Positions 24,270 through 36,912 of a stretch of 64,000 nucleotides of DNA are shown piece after piece. The translations under genes were made by a program, and so were the position numbers. Source of the stretch: Octopus sinensis (lineage: Eukaryota); the NCBI RefSeq assembly GCF_006345805.1, contig NC_043002.1, positions 119,598,001 to 119,662,000 on the forward strand, written 5' to 3'. How positions within the stretch are numbered: the stretch's first letter is position 1; each line of letters opens with the position of its first letter. The notes beneath the pieces were generated by a model. That model was not told the origin of the DNA. It saw only the letters and a program-made list of their open reading frames with translations, and made no database searches.

Positions 24270-24689
24270 TTTGCTTTGTTCTTTATTTTTGTCTCACTCT
24301 TAACGAGCAATCTGCCATTTTGTATTCCAGTTGCATGTGCCTTTATTTGCGCATGCGTATATCCCTGTGTGTCAATGTTTAGTAAGTGTGTGTGTGGGAA
24401 TGTGTATGGTACCTGCATTATTAGTACCCCCTGTTTATATACGTTCGCTTAATTTACTTTTATTCATCTTAATAATTTGTTTTATCTACTTAATTTTTCA
24501 TTTCTTTCTCGTTTGTATTAATTTAATTTATTATATTTTGCTTATGTATGTAATTATTTAATTCCATTCATTTATCTGTCTATTGTATTAGTTTCATGTT
24601 ATTATTAGTTTATGGGGATCTTTTTCTGTCATAGGTTGTGGTGTGTGTGTGGAGTATGCTAGTGTTCCATTCTAGTTTTCTATTTAGGC

Positions 24690-25930
24690 TAGGTTCATAT
24701 TTTATTATGTGAGTAGCTTCCGTATTTTGTCTAAGCGTTGCGTCTGTTCTATGTGTGGACAAGATTTTAACTTCTATGTTGTTGAGTGAGACCTCCTGTT
24801 CCCACTCAGCGTGCTCGTATAGAACCGATGAGCTCTTCTCTTCCTTAAGTTCCCTCCAATGTACATTTACCCGTTCTCCTATGCTCCGTACTGTCTCCCC
24901 TACGTACGTCGTTGTCTTGTTTCTGCACCTTCGCTCTGTACATTTTATACTATAGACTACATTCCTAACTTTACAGTTTGTTTGTGGGCTGAATCTACAT
25001 ACAATACAGTTCCTATCAGTTCAGGGGTTCTACTAAAAATGTAGGTTCTACCGATTAGGGATTTGATAGGGTTACCTAACCTTTCTACAACCTTAATTCT
25101 TAGCTTATGCTTATCTAAGGCACTTCTAATACAGTACGCCATTTCGCCTCTAGGAGTGGTGTCTACGAACATGACACTCTGGTATTTGTGGCTATCATAC
25201 CATGAGTTGGCCTTCCCTATTTTCTTCTTAGTCCTTTCAATGGTATTCCATGACTTGCTCCTATAGAGTGGGCAAATCCTATCATTACGTATGATAGTTT
25301 CAAATTTCCTCATGGCTCCTTTGTATACTCTGATCCTTTCACTATGGCTGTATCCTGAGAACTGCATGCGGTGAACGAAGTGTTGTATGTGTCTCTTTAA
25401 CTCTGTAGGGTCGCACATGCGAGACACATTTCTCATTACTCTGATGAGGTATACCATCAATATATTGAACTAGGCATTGTACACGATAGCTGAGTTCCAG
25501 TGGATCAGGTATTTGGAAGCCATAGGTTTGGTGTAGTTTGAATGGAGGATTTGCGTTTTATTATTCCTAGTTTTCAGTCAGAGTTCTGTATCTAGTACTG
25601 GTAGTCTATGGTTATGGTGTTTCGTTGGCTAGTCTATCGTGACCTTAATACTCTGGTGAATGGAGTTAGGTATTTGCTGGATGCTCTCCATAGGATTAGT
25701 TTCTATTTCTATTTCGAGAGTACTCTTTTGTGGGGATGCTGAAATCATCGACATAGCGAGAGTACATACTCATGAGTACGGAGTTCTGTGTCAGGCGTTC
25801 TTTAAGCCTCCTGTCCCACCATACCATGAAATCATTGGTCACATCACCAGCGACGCTAATCCTAATGACCGCCCCCTCATCCTGGGCGTATATTTTGTTG
25901 CTAAACTTAAACGTGTGACCTTTTAGGTAA
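24690..25930 (-). mobile_element. PLE RT C-terminus, thumb, linker and GIY-YIG (5'-truncated, several stops)
   Basis: NSIHQSIKVTID..RLPVLDTEL..YTKPMASKYLIH..LIRVMRNVS..MQFSGYS..RNVVYSIKC..TYVGETVRSIGER..HW..LYEH..RQNTEA. Confidence 0.88.
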
Positions 25931-26039
25931 CTCTAAATCTAGCTACTAGTGCATATGTGATCATTTTCGTTACTTGATATTGGTTTTCGGGGATCAATAT
26001 GGCTCTGGTCCATTTCTCTAGCCATAGATGTAATTGTAC

Positions 26040-26530
26040 AGATATAAGAATACCCTACAACATAAAGTATCTCCGTCTGTAGAGGGCTTAACATAATTAC
26101 CAAATGGTAATTAAGACCAGCTCTACTTGAGAATGGGAAATAATTCAAGAATTCTCTCTAGTCGGTATGCCCCTGAAGGTAAGAAAACAGATTTGGGCAA
26201 GTGTTTTTGGCTCAGGAGCACGACAATTTTCCAATGTTTCCTTAATATCCAAACGTCTTAGATTTATACAGAAAGTAGTAGAAGACACTTAATGGCGAAG
26301 GTAATTTGCATAATTTAAACATAAATGAGCTGAAAGAAATGATTCAGAGTGGCCAGTGCAATGTATTTAGACAACATAAGCAAATTGAAATACATGAAAC
26401 CTCATACAACATAAAGTCTTGATTTATTTATATTATCTCCGCTTCTAGAGTATGTATCAATAATTACAAAATAACAATTAAGACCAGCTTTACTTCAGGA
26501 GGGGAGATAATCTCAGTATTCAAGAATACA
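26040..26530. repeat. Diverged ~120-bp dispersed duplication (26040-26150 / 26400-26525)
   Basis: TACAACATAAAGT..ATCTCCG..TAATTAC..ATTAAGACCAGCT..TACTT..TTCAAGAAT is shared. Confidence 0.6.
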
Positions 26531-27136
26531 AAACCGTATGTCAACAAGCCACGTTTATATTTACACATACTTAACGATTAACATACTCATGAGTGCGTTT
26601 GTTTGTGTGTATTTATGTATGCATGTATGTATGTATACATGTACTTTCTCCTGGGTGTGATATAAAACTCATCTGGCACTGATGCTCACATTTAATGCAT
26701 CATAACGATTGCTGAAGTCCAGTTTCCATGATCTCTGGTGATACTTTTATTTCGTTGCAATCCTCTCATGAATTCGGTTTGCAGTCAATTTACCTCTTGC
26801 TCTGGTCCCTATCTTTCAAAAAAATATAAAATCATATACATTTACATAATATCACAATTACACAATCTTATTCACACGAACAAGCAAAAAAATTGCTAGT
26901 TCAGTCCAATGTTTTTCAGAGAAGCAAAAATACACGATATGGTATTACCTTCTATAAAAGCAACAATATTTTCATGTTAAAAAGTACAGTATTTTAACTG
27001 CGAAATAGTCATTCTTCGAACCTCGACTTTTAAACGTGTACATTACCCCCAAGTGAAATCTCGGTAATTCTTACAATCTTATGTTACAGAGTACTGTCAG
27101 TAGTGAAGACAAATAATTCTCACAAATCCCAGAACA

Positions 27137-27338
27137 ACTCTTTTACTCTTTTATTTGTTTCAGTCATTTGACTGTGGCCATGCTGGAGCACCGCCTTTAA
27201 TCGAGCAACTCGACCCTGGGACTTATTCTTTGTAAGCCCAGTACTTATTCTATCGGTCTCTTTTGCCGAACCGCTAAGTGACGGGGACATAGACACACCA
27301 GCATCGGTTGTCAAGCAATGCTAGGGGGACAAGCACGG

Positions 27339-27373
<35 letters not shown>

Positions 27374-27569
27374 CATATATACGACGGGCTTCTTTCAGTT
27401 TCCGTCAACCAAATCCACTCACAAGGCTTTGGTCGGCCCGAGGCTATAGAAGAAGACACTTGCCGAAGGTGCCACGCAGTGGGACTGAACCCGGAACCAT
27501 GTGGCTGGTAAACAAGCTACTTACCACACAGCCACTCCTGCGCCTATATGGCCACTCCTGCGCCTATAT
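27137..27569 (-). mobile_element. SINE group A, full length, with a duplicated 5' 19-mer
   Basis: Matches the consensus of the other copies; GCCACTCCTGCGCCTATAT occurs twice at 27531-27569. Confidence 0.9.
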
Positions 27570-28955
27570 AACTAGGTATAAATAAATATTATTCATAGGA
27601 ACAACTCCTGTTAGGCAACGTGTATACAGTTAGTTTACCATGCTGAGTTTATATCCAGCGTTGGTATAGTCTATAGACGGATAAGCTGCGCCAAGCTTGT
27701 TTTTTTCTTCAAATATATGGAAACGAAGATTCAGTGGTACACCTACAATCCAATGAGGTAAAGTATTCTCCATCATATCAACGTTACTCTAATCTTCGTT
27801 TGGGAAATAATAATAACTCTTAATTCTTGCTTTGCTTTACCAAGCAAGAAGCTAAGAAAATGCCACAAAATGAAGAAATCGAGGTAATAGAATATTTGCC
27901 AAACTCTAATATGGATCACTTTACATTCTATTATGTTTGATAATCAATCAATTGATAGTTGTATGCTTCTGTTTTCCTTGACGTATTCTGTCAATTCTAA
28001 TTACGGTTTGTTAAACAGTTGGGTTCGCAACGAGGAAATAATTGGGTTTGAATTTCTGTAGAAAATTTTATTTGGCAAATGTACACTGATACTTGTTAGC
28101 AACTATTCATGATCAAAACTTGGCATCCGCACCAGACAAAATATGTGAATCCTGTCGGAACCTTAATTTAACACATTTGATTGGCTTTCCCAAATTCAAA
28201 GAAGTAAGAATATCATGAATTGCTTCTTCGAACAGCATGCTCCCATAGCTAGCCGAAATCAGAGCTTTCTATGAAGTTTGGTTCGCCTAGAGGAAGGTGT
28301 TGGTTAGGTAAACATAATAAAAGTGTTATCAAAAGACTAAGTATCATGCTGGAAAGATGCTGGTTTCCTACTCAAAGAGAACCAAAGGCATAAACAGAGT
28401 AAATATGGAATCAATCAATAGCATAAAATATTGTTATATTCACTGATTCCGAGGATGATATTGAAAATGTGATTACAAGTTTGATCAAAGCTAATTTGAC
28501 TTTGTTTTATAGGTTTATGTTGGTGTATGTTACCTTGTACAAACCTGTACGTACACATACATACATATGAACGTAAATTCACACATGTACACAACTATAC
28601 AAACACAGATGTAGGTGCATATATTCGTTACATATTTACATAAATACATACACTCATACAAACATATATGCACACACACATATATAGGGTGGGCGAAAAT
28701 TGGATCTCGGGCATAAGCACTTTCCTACTGCAAACGCTGACATTTTAAAATGTTTTGTGACCTATATAGCACTGTATTTTGTGATAGATCTTAGCAACAG
28801 CGAAACTGCCATTCTGCATTTGTCTAAAATATATTTTCAGCCTGGCAGTTAATACGGACACCATTAAATATAAAGGATAATATTTCCATAATATGGCTGC
28901 GGAGTTGTATGTGTAGAAACAACCTGAGTCGTCGTCTTCTATTATGTAATCTTTA

Positions 28956-29023
28956 ATGGATGACATGACCATGAGTTTTCTATTGCTCAGTCAACTGATC
29001 TGCCAGGATTGTCAAATTAGGAA
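28956..29023 (+). CDS. Candidate coding exon MDDMTMSFLLLSQLICQDCQIR (phase-2 end); unknown product
   Basis: Consensus donor GAA|GTAAGT at 29024; possible acceptors at 28840 (ATATTTTCAG) or 28990 (TTTTCTATTGCTCAG); phase matches the 32250 exon. Confidence 0.3.
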
Positions 29024-29149
29024 GTAAGTGGATGAGTTTTCTTCAATCACGTGTAAACTTGATGTAATTCTGAAGTAGAATTAGCGTATCACAGTCTAAC
29101 ATGGTAGTACCTTTGGATTACAAGTAGAATATATCCGGCAAGCTTCCAC

Positions 29150-29650
29150 CCGGTTTCACTTCAAAGGCATAGGTTATCTTTACACTCCCCATCATTCAAA
29201 ATTTCCACAGCTGTAAATTTTGGGTGTTCCGTTTCACTTTCTAGTCGTGGATAATTCGATTGTTTTCTCATCTTGCTGGATGTTTTGCATAATTACAGAC
29301 TGCCATTTACTTCAGTTCATTACGAGATGTTTCCAATTAACAACGCTAATTTTCAAAGACTTGAAACAATCTTTTTGTGACAGTATAAAATCTAGATTTT
29401 GGTTTGCGATGGGTACATTTATTTAGAACTAATTGCTCATTAGGTGATTGCTTCCGAAGTTTGAAATCGTCAAGATGGATGGCATAGCCAAACTATCCAT
29501 CTGATACTTCAGGTTTTTGTAAACAAAGTAGACACTGTTCGTTATTTTCGGAATATGTTACTTAGAGCGAGTCACTAAGTCGCAATCATCGTTATACAAG
29601 AAATCACGAACAAGTGTTATAAATGGTCTTCCATTTAGTTTTGAGGCTAT
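29150..29650 (-). mobile_element. RTE LINE RT C-terminal remnant
   Basis: TLVRDFLYNDDCDLVT (RTE FADD-like motif), followed by a degenerate RKPKSRF..W..LA region. Confidence 0.6.
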
Positions 29651-30072
29651 TAGAAATAAGTAGTTATCTGCTTTGGGATAAGCAGAAAAAGATGCTTAGA
29701 TAGAAGCCCTGAAATGCAAGAGAAATCTCAGATGGCAATGTTTGATCGGTTTAACAAAACTTTTCTCAGAGTTCAGTTCAACAGAGTTTCGTTTCAGTAG
29801 AAGTAGGCCTCAATATTATTGCATAGTTGGACAAACATCAACAAAACAGATACAAATACATTATACAAACACAATTACATATGTCTATGCATGAATATGT
29901 GAGTATCGTGGGTTTCCAGCTAGTTTTTTTCTGTAACTCGCAAATACATCAAGTAATTGACACCAAGTGAAAGCGATAAAATGGAATAATTTCAATGTCA
30001 CATAAAACTTTAAACGCTGACTAATCGCTTTGAGCTTCGATGATGAAGAAAAATGAATTGAAAAATCCAAAA

Positions 30073-30470
30073 TCTTTATATATAAAAGTAAAGTTGTGTG
30101 TCTGTCTCCTACGATTTAGATTCCTAACTACTCCCACATTTTGCGGTGTAGTGTAACCAAAAGCGGGTATCTTATAGTCGTGATTCATATCGAGCCCTTC
30201 TGGGTATTAGCGCGCGTCTACGATGAGTCTACGATTAAAAGAAAATTACCATAATTTTTCCGTATTTTTAATGCATTTTCGCTTGGTTTATATAAGGGAA
30301 GTAACTCTCTAAAAATTTATTATTAAATCTCAGAACGTAAAATGCTACAGTAACACCCCCCCACCTTTGTGGTTAGCCATATTGAGATGGCTATTATACT
30401 TTACATCTCTAAAAATGCTTATATAGTTATTTCCCTTACAAACCCGAGCAACACCGGGTGATACTGCTAG
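30073..30470 (+). mobile_element. Helitron-N family H1
   Basis: TC start, CCCGAGCAACACCGGG hairpin, CTAG end. Confidence 0.8.
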
Positions 30471-30675
30471 TTATTTCTATAATTGCTACCCACACCCCAC
30501 TCGCTATCTATTCCTAAAGTCATACGTGAATCTACATGTTTCTTTACTCCTTTCTCTGCTACTCCGGCACGCTTCCTCTTTGACGTATAACAAAAGACAA
30601 GAAACTGAAAAGACTACTTTAGTATAACAATTACTTGACTGTTGAGAATATAGAAACTGTTTATGGCTATTAAAG

Positions 30676-30993
30676 ACTCCGCCGGTTACGACGTCGAGGG
30701 TCCCAGCTGATACGATCAACGGAACAGCCTGCTCGTGAAATTAACGTGTAAGTGGCTGAGCATTCCACAGACACGTGTACCCTTAACGTAGTTCTCGGGG
30801 ATAATCAGCGTGACACAGAGAGTGACAAGGCTGACCCTTTGAAGTACAAGTACAACTCATTTTTGCCAGCTGAGTGGACTGGAGCAACGTGAAATAAAGT
30901 GTCTTGCTCAAGGACACAACGCGTCGCCGGGAATCGAACTCACAACCTTACGATCATGAGCCGAATGCCCTAACCACTAAGCCACGCGCCCTC
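30676..30993 (-). mobile_element. Chimeric SINE: different tRNA head and CORE-like domain with group C tail
   Basis: Tail (30676-30840) matches the 22590-22755 tail; head GAGGGCGCGTGGCTTAGTGG..GAGTTCGATTCC plus TGTGTCCTTGAGCAAGACACTTT is absent from group C. Confidence 0.8.
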
Positions 30994-31032
30994 GTTTATG
31001 GCTATAGATATAGAAGAAACATGAATACTCAT

Positions 31033-31370
31033 TTACTCTTTTACTTGTTTCAGTCATTTGACTGCGGCCATGCTGGAGCACCGCCTTTAGTCGAGCAAAT
31101 CGACCCCGGGACTTATTCTTTGTAAGCCCAGTACTTATTCTATCGATCTATTTTGCCGAACCGCTAAGTGACGGGGACGTAAACACACCAGCATCGGTTG
31201 TCAAGCAATGCTAGGGGGACAAACACACACACACACACACACACGCAAACACACACATATATATATACATATATACGACAGGCTTCTTTCAGTGTCTGTC
31301 TACCAAATCCACTCACAAGGTATTGGTCGGCCCGGGGCTATAGCAGAAGATACTTGCCCACTCCTGCGCC
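31033..31370 (-). mobile_element. SINE group A with an internal head deletion
   Basis: GATACTTGCCCACTCCTGCGCC joins the CORE-like region directly to the 5' end. Confidence 0.85.
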
Positions 31371-31502
31371 TCCTGAATGTTAAATAAATTTAATTTTAAG
31401 TGTATAAAGACAGCATTTTCAATAATGTCAGATAAGAAATATTACCTATTCCTCAATAAATATAAATAGAATGAAAAATACATTTCTTGAATATATAGAA
31501 AA

Positions 31503-31893
31503 CTAGCAGTATCGCACGGCGTTGCTCGGGTTTGTAAGGGAAATAACTATATAAGCATTTTTATAGATGTAAAGTATAATAGCCATCTCAATATGGCTAA
31601 CCACAAAGGGGGGGTACTGTAGCTTTTTACGTTCTGAGATTTAATAATAAATTTTTAGAGAGTTACTTCCCTTATATATGCCAAAAATGCATTAAAATGG
31701 GAAAAATTGATGGTAATTTAAAAAAAAATCGTCGACTCATCGTAGACGTGCGCTAATACCCAGAAGGGCTCGATATGAATCACGACTATAAGATACCCGG
31801 TTTTGGTTACACTGCACCGCAAAATGTGGGAGTAGTTAGGAATCTAAATCGTAGGAGACAGACAGCACACAACCTCTCTTTTATATATAAAGA
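31503..31893 (-). mobile_element. Helitron-N family H1 (inverted relative to 30073-30470)
   Basis: CTAG at 31503, hairpin, TC at 31893. Confidence 0.8.
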
Positions 31894-31909
31894 TATATTT
31901 CTGAATGCT

Positions 31910-32060
31910 AGATGAAAACGCTAAGTTTTCTCAGACTAGCGTTCTTTTCAGGGAAATATTTGTCCCATCATTGACTTATACGGCTGAAAATAAAACCATG
32001 AATCGTCTTTGTAAGCGACGACTGATTGTAAAGACTAAAAGTAGAAGCAAAGATCTGGAT
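31910..32060 (+). mobile_element. Possible RTE RT C-terminal remnant
   Basis: LFREIFVPSLTYTAENKTM resembles the RTE LYKxxFVPxLTYGxETWT motif. Confidence 0.4.
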
Positions 32061-32249
32061 AAATATTATACTACATGGCTTTTGGAAACATGTATCCAGC
32101 ACTAATTTCTTTGTTCTCCTTTTCATCGTCATCGGTATCGTCACCAGCGCCATGCCACCGCAGCCACCGTCATCATCGTCGTCATTATCCTGATCATCAG
32201 TGAAATATACCGTTACTTAATGAAACGCATTTGTTATATTTGTTTGTAG

Positions 32250-32349
32250 TGAGAACAAAATAGTACAAACTCCAGAATTCTGTTCTGATTCTATGGTTAG
32301 ACGTCCCTGGGTATCACATGCAACAAAGAGCCTTATTTGCACGCAATGA
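32250..32349 (+). CDS. Candidate terminal coding exon (N)ENKIVQTPEFCSDSMVRRPWVSHATKSLICTQ*; unknown product
   Basis: Branch-like CTTAAT at 32216, TTGTTATATTTGTTTGTAG acceptor, only the phase-2 frame is open, followed by ~800 bp of TE-free AT-rich UTR-like sequence with AATAAA at 32385, 32913 and 32945. Confidence 0.4.
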
Positions 32350-33164
32350 ATACCGTACATGTAGCTACCTAGAACAACCAATATAATAAACAACGACCAA
32401 CAAGAAGTACAAGCAATGACTAATAAAAAAAAAAAATACAAGTTTACTTGAAAACTAAGCGAAGTTACAGCAGTTTATAAGAAATCACAGGAAAATATAA
32501 ACATCTCCTTTGTTTTCACTTTTACAATAGAAGAAAAATAATATATACTTATTTTTTTGTAAAGAATTTGTGCAAGAACAACTTTTTCATCTAAATACAA
32601 AAGAAATTCAATTACATCTTAAAGAAATCGTTCAACTATATGAATCCACTAGGAAAAATAACAGAGAAAAGAATTCTTATGATTGCAAATCTCTCTTCTA
32701 GTATCATTCATTTGAAAATAATTATGGATACTTTGAAATTCGTTATATGTCCTTTAATAAGTTTTTTTTTCTCTGTGATCAAAATATTTTATATAATTTC
32801 TTTTCCTTGTTTTTGTTCTTTACATATCCCTATGGAATTCTTGGAATTGTGTAATTAAAGTTTTATTTCTTTTTTGTAAAATCGAGCGAAATTAAAACAA
32901 AACAATGAAGAAAATAAATTAGAATTTCAAACAATAACAATTACAATAAACTTCATTTTACGCATCTTTACTTCAAATAATTTTTTTTTAAAGAAAAAAA
33001 AAAAATTTTATTTTCTTTAAAAAAAAATTATTTGTGAGTTTCTCAGTTGTGATTAGATTCGCTTTTATCATTTTCTTTCAATGTTGTATTGAAATTTAGG
33101 GCATTATGCCCCATCCATTAACATGATGGTGGAAAATTACCTTTCATCATTCAAATATATCTTT

Positions 33165-33460
33165 TATCTTTTGCTTCAGTCATTAGACTGCGGCTATGCT
33201 GGGTTAGCAACTTAAAGAATTTTAGTCGACCGAATTGACCCCGGACTTTGTTTTCTAAAGCCTGTTACTTATCTTATCGTTCTCTTTTTTCACCGTTTCT
33301 GAAGCAATTGGAAGGGGGCAAACGTACACACAGACTCATACGATGGTCGTCTTTCAGTTTCCGTCTACCAAATCCACTCACAAGTTTTGGTCGGTCGGAG
33401 GCTATAGTAGAAGACACTTGCCCATGGTTCTACGCACTGGAATTGAACCCATATGCCAAA
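33165..33460 (-). mobile_element. Degenerate SINE group A
   Basis: CAGTCATTAGACTGCGG..GACCCCGGACT..CCAAATCCACTCACAAG. Confidence 0.75.
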
Positions 33461-33486
33461 TATGCCATATATATATATATCTATAT

Positions 33487-33768
33487 ATCACATGATCACC
33501 TGACAGACCAAACCATCAGATGTTGTTACACATCGCTGGTCACAAAGCGTTCGCATTGTATTTTAGCCTTTGAATGACATCACCCCGCTAGCTAAGCGAG
33601 CAGGCCAACAGAAGAAAGAGTGATGAAAGAGTACAGCAGGGATCACCACCCCCTGCCGGAGCCTCGTGTTTTCGCTCAATAAACACTCACAACGCCCGGT
33701 CTGGGAATCGAAACCGTGATCCTACGACCCAGAGTCCGCTGTCCTAACCACTGGGCCATTGCGCCTCC
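33487..33768 (-). mobile_element. SINE group C head with a third type of tail
   Basis: The head matches 22375-22560; the tail (CGCTTAGCTAGCGGGGTGATGTC..) differs from the other group C copies. Confidence 0.8.
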
Positions 33769-33810
33769 ACACACACACACACACACACCACACACACACA
33801 ACACACACAC

Positions 33811-33849
<39 letters not shown>

Positions 33850-33859
33850 TATATATATA

Positions 33860-33890
<31 letters not shown>

Positions 33891-33914
33891 TAGTAGAGAG
33901 GGAGTGAGAAACCA

Positions 33915-34383
33915 TAACAAGGAGGGCGGGGAACGTCAGAATATCCGAGTTGGCTGGGAAAATTCGCCGTGTTGTGGATTAGAACCGTTGAGTATCCACA
34001 AAGACAACAAACACACTGTTTGGAATTGATGTAACAATTCCATACAGAATTATTCATTATGACCTGAGCAAGCGCAAAACTCGTGCCAAGTTTGTTCCCA
34101 GGATACTTGACAGAGATGGGTATCAAAACTGTTACTCGTTTTCACTATAGTAAAACCCTTGCTCCTTGTAACTTTTGTTTGTTCCTCAATTTGAAGGAGA
34201 ACTCAGGGGACCGTTAGGTTCCTGGACACCTTCACTTAGGAGGACAGCCGCGAACATTCAGGAATTCACTGGAGCAATGTACCAAGTGCACTGCAGTGAG
34301 ACAATCCTATTTCGAATATTAGAATTTTGAACGTCTTTGAATTTAATAAGTTTCTCTCCTGAAAGAGTCGGAATGCACCTCGT
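33915..34383 (+). mobile_element. Internally deleted mariner element with right TIR
   Basis: Fragments EGGE.., IHYDLSKRKTRAKFVPRIL, MGIKTV..YSKTLAPCNFCLFP; ends AAGAGTCGGAATGCACCTCGT (mariner-type TIR). Confidence 0.7.
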
Positions 34384-34578
34384 GCGGACATTCATATGGA
34401 CAAACAGAGAAAAAAAGAGATAGACAAAGTGTCTTCATAAAAATGAGAGACATGAACAGGAACAGATACACATGCAGATACAAATGTACACAGGCGCTCT
34501 TCTAATATTCGTGTCTATTGATTTAACGTGTCAAAAAGAATGTTTCATATTACTCACATAAAATTTAAATACATAATA

Positions 34579-34977
34579 TACTCTTTTACTTGTTTCAGTC
34601 ATTTGACTGCGGCCATGCTGGAGTACTGCCTTTAGTCGAGCAAATCGACCCCGGGACTTATTCTTTGTAAGCCCAGTACTTATTCTATCGGTCACTTTTG
34701 CCGAACCGCTAAGTGACGGGGACGTAAACACACCAGCATCGGTTGTCAAGCAAAGCTAGGGGGACAAACACAGACACACAAACATATACACACACATATA
34801 TATATACATATATACGACATGCTTCTTTCAGTTTCCGTCTACCAAATCCACTCACAAGGCATTGGTCGGCCCGGGGCTATAGCAGAAGACACTTGCCCAA
34901 GATGCCACGCAGTGGGACTGAACCCGGAACCATGTGGTTGGTCAGCAAGCTACTTAGCACACAGCCACTCCTGTGCC
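34579..34977 (-). mobile_element. SINE group A, full length
   Basis: Near-consensus copy. Confidence 0.9.
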
Positions 34978-35490
34978 TATACGTCAGAAAAATAGCTAAA
35001 ATAATTTCATCACACATTTCATACTCCTGAATGAAATATATACATGATAGTTGTGTATATAGACATACACACATATCAGATGTTGATATATAAATATGCA
35101 TCTATATGTATGTATACGTGTATATATATTCCCCCCTCTCTCTCTCACTCTCTGTGTGCATATATGTATACACACACACGTCTGAATATATGTATATTTG
35201 CCCCTAGGGGAAATCTAGATGCTATTCTCATAAGATGTATATATTAATGCAGTTATCTCGAGCCAAAATGTTGAAGTCTTTGTATATGTAAAAAGAAATA
35301 GATATGGTGTACACACACGTGTGTATGCACGTGCACCCGCTCTATTAATGTGTCCGAATGAATGATTCTATGTATGTTTATGCGTATATTTGCAGCTGTG
35401 TGCATGAATACATATATACGTACATACGTACATGCACACATTATAACATTGACAGAGATAGTTGAGTTTAACCCTAGGCTTCAAGACTCG

Positions 35491-35538
35491 CTGACGAGGA
35501 TTAAGATGCTGTGCATCAAAATCCGAAATCGTTCGATC
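35491..35538 (+). ncRNA. Hammerhead core with perfect stems II and III, weak stem I
   Basis: CTGACGA-GGATT-AA-GATGC(TGT)GCATC-AA-AATCC-GAAA-TCG(TT)CGA-TC. Confidence 0.7.
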
Positions 35539-35730
35539 GGGCTATATACACTGGGAACTTACCTCTCTTTGTCAGTCATTAAGTACAGTGCTTTGTGGCC
35601 TTTGAGTTATTTTAACTCTTGTTTCTAGAAACAGCCGGTGCTGATTAGTACCCTCCGTCACTTTTTTGACCCCTATTAATTTGCCTTTAGGTTCTAATTG
35701 CTAATAAGCGACCCATTTAATTTATTATAC

Positions 35731-35795
<65 letters not shown>

Positions 35796-35893
35796 GGTTT
35801 GGAGATGATGTACAGGTATTTTATATTAGAAGGAAATGAGGTACTCAGAAATTCAGAGTACCTCATTTCTTCTAAATATATATATATATATAT

Positions 35894-35926
<33 letters not shown>

Positions 35927-36035
35927 TGGTGCTGTGTGTGTGTGTGGGCGTGTGCGCGTGTGTGTGTGCGGTGTTGTGTTAATATATATAATATATATAT
36001 ATATATATATAATATATATATTATGTGTGTGTGTT

Positions 36036-36365
36036 CTTTATTTTACTCGTTCCAGTCATTTGAGTGCGGCCATGCAGGAACAAATGGACCCCAGGACTTA
36101 TTGTTTGTAAATTCGATCGGTCTATTTTGCCAAACCGCTAAATCACAAGAACGTAAACACACCAGCATCGGTTGTCAAGCGATGACAGGGCGGGGACAAA
36201 CAAACACACACACATTGGCATCTTCCAGTTTCCGTCAACGAAATCGACTCGCAAGGATTTGGTCGGCCCGAGGCTATAGTAGAAGACACTTGCCTAAGTT
36301 TCCATGCTGTGGAACTGAACCCGGAACAATGTTGTTGGGAAGCAAGCTACTTACCTTACAGCCAC
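36036..36365 (-). mobile_element. Degenerate SINE group A
   Basis: Tail, CACACCAGCATCGGTTGTCAAGC and head motifs are present. Confidence 0.8.
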
Positions 36366-36855
36366 AGATGTATGTATGCATAGTCATTGCCACACGCACA
36401 TATATAACCACGCATAATATAACTTGTGTTAAGTAATCAAAATGACTGAATAGAAATTTTAGTAAATGATTAAAAGAAATGCTTGACCACTGCATGTTTT
36501 AGCTTTTGAATTAAATTTGGTGAGTATGTCTCAGTCTATAGATTCTGCCGTTTGCAACTTTTAGAATATATCTAGGTTAAAATGGAAACCGCATAGTTTA
36601 AAATAATAACACTAGCACGAACAATCTCTCTCAGAGAAATCAACTTGGATCAATACAAAAACCATTATAGCGAAGTGATCTTTCTTTCAAGCTAGCAATT
36701 GAATGGAATACAGGTGCCCAACGATTGTCTTTTTAAATCACACTTATCAGTATTGACGTTGAATACGTCACTGAGATGTATGACGTTACTGTGAGGAAGA
36801 GAAAACAAAAATTTGGAAAATAACGGTTGTTGAAGTCATTACAGATAGCACCCTC

Positions 36856-36858
36856 TCA

Positions 36859-36912
<54 letters not shown>

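Noticed and set aside
25441-25460. CTGATGAGGTATACC as a hammerhead core
   Set aside because: No GAAA or stem III follows; it is the antisense of PLE coding sequence (YLIRVM).
27600-27900. Micro-exon candidates (METKIQWYTYNPM; QEAKKMPQNEEIE) with GT donors
   Set aside because: The region more likely derives from a decayed PLE RT (FKYMETK resembles the post-GxxMG segment).
32217-32441. Minus-strand 74-aa ORF overlapping the candidate terminal exon
   Set aside because: It has a TTG start within a T-run and no UTR-like context on that side; the plus-strand interpretation has better splice and poly(A) support.
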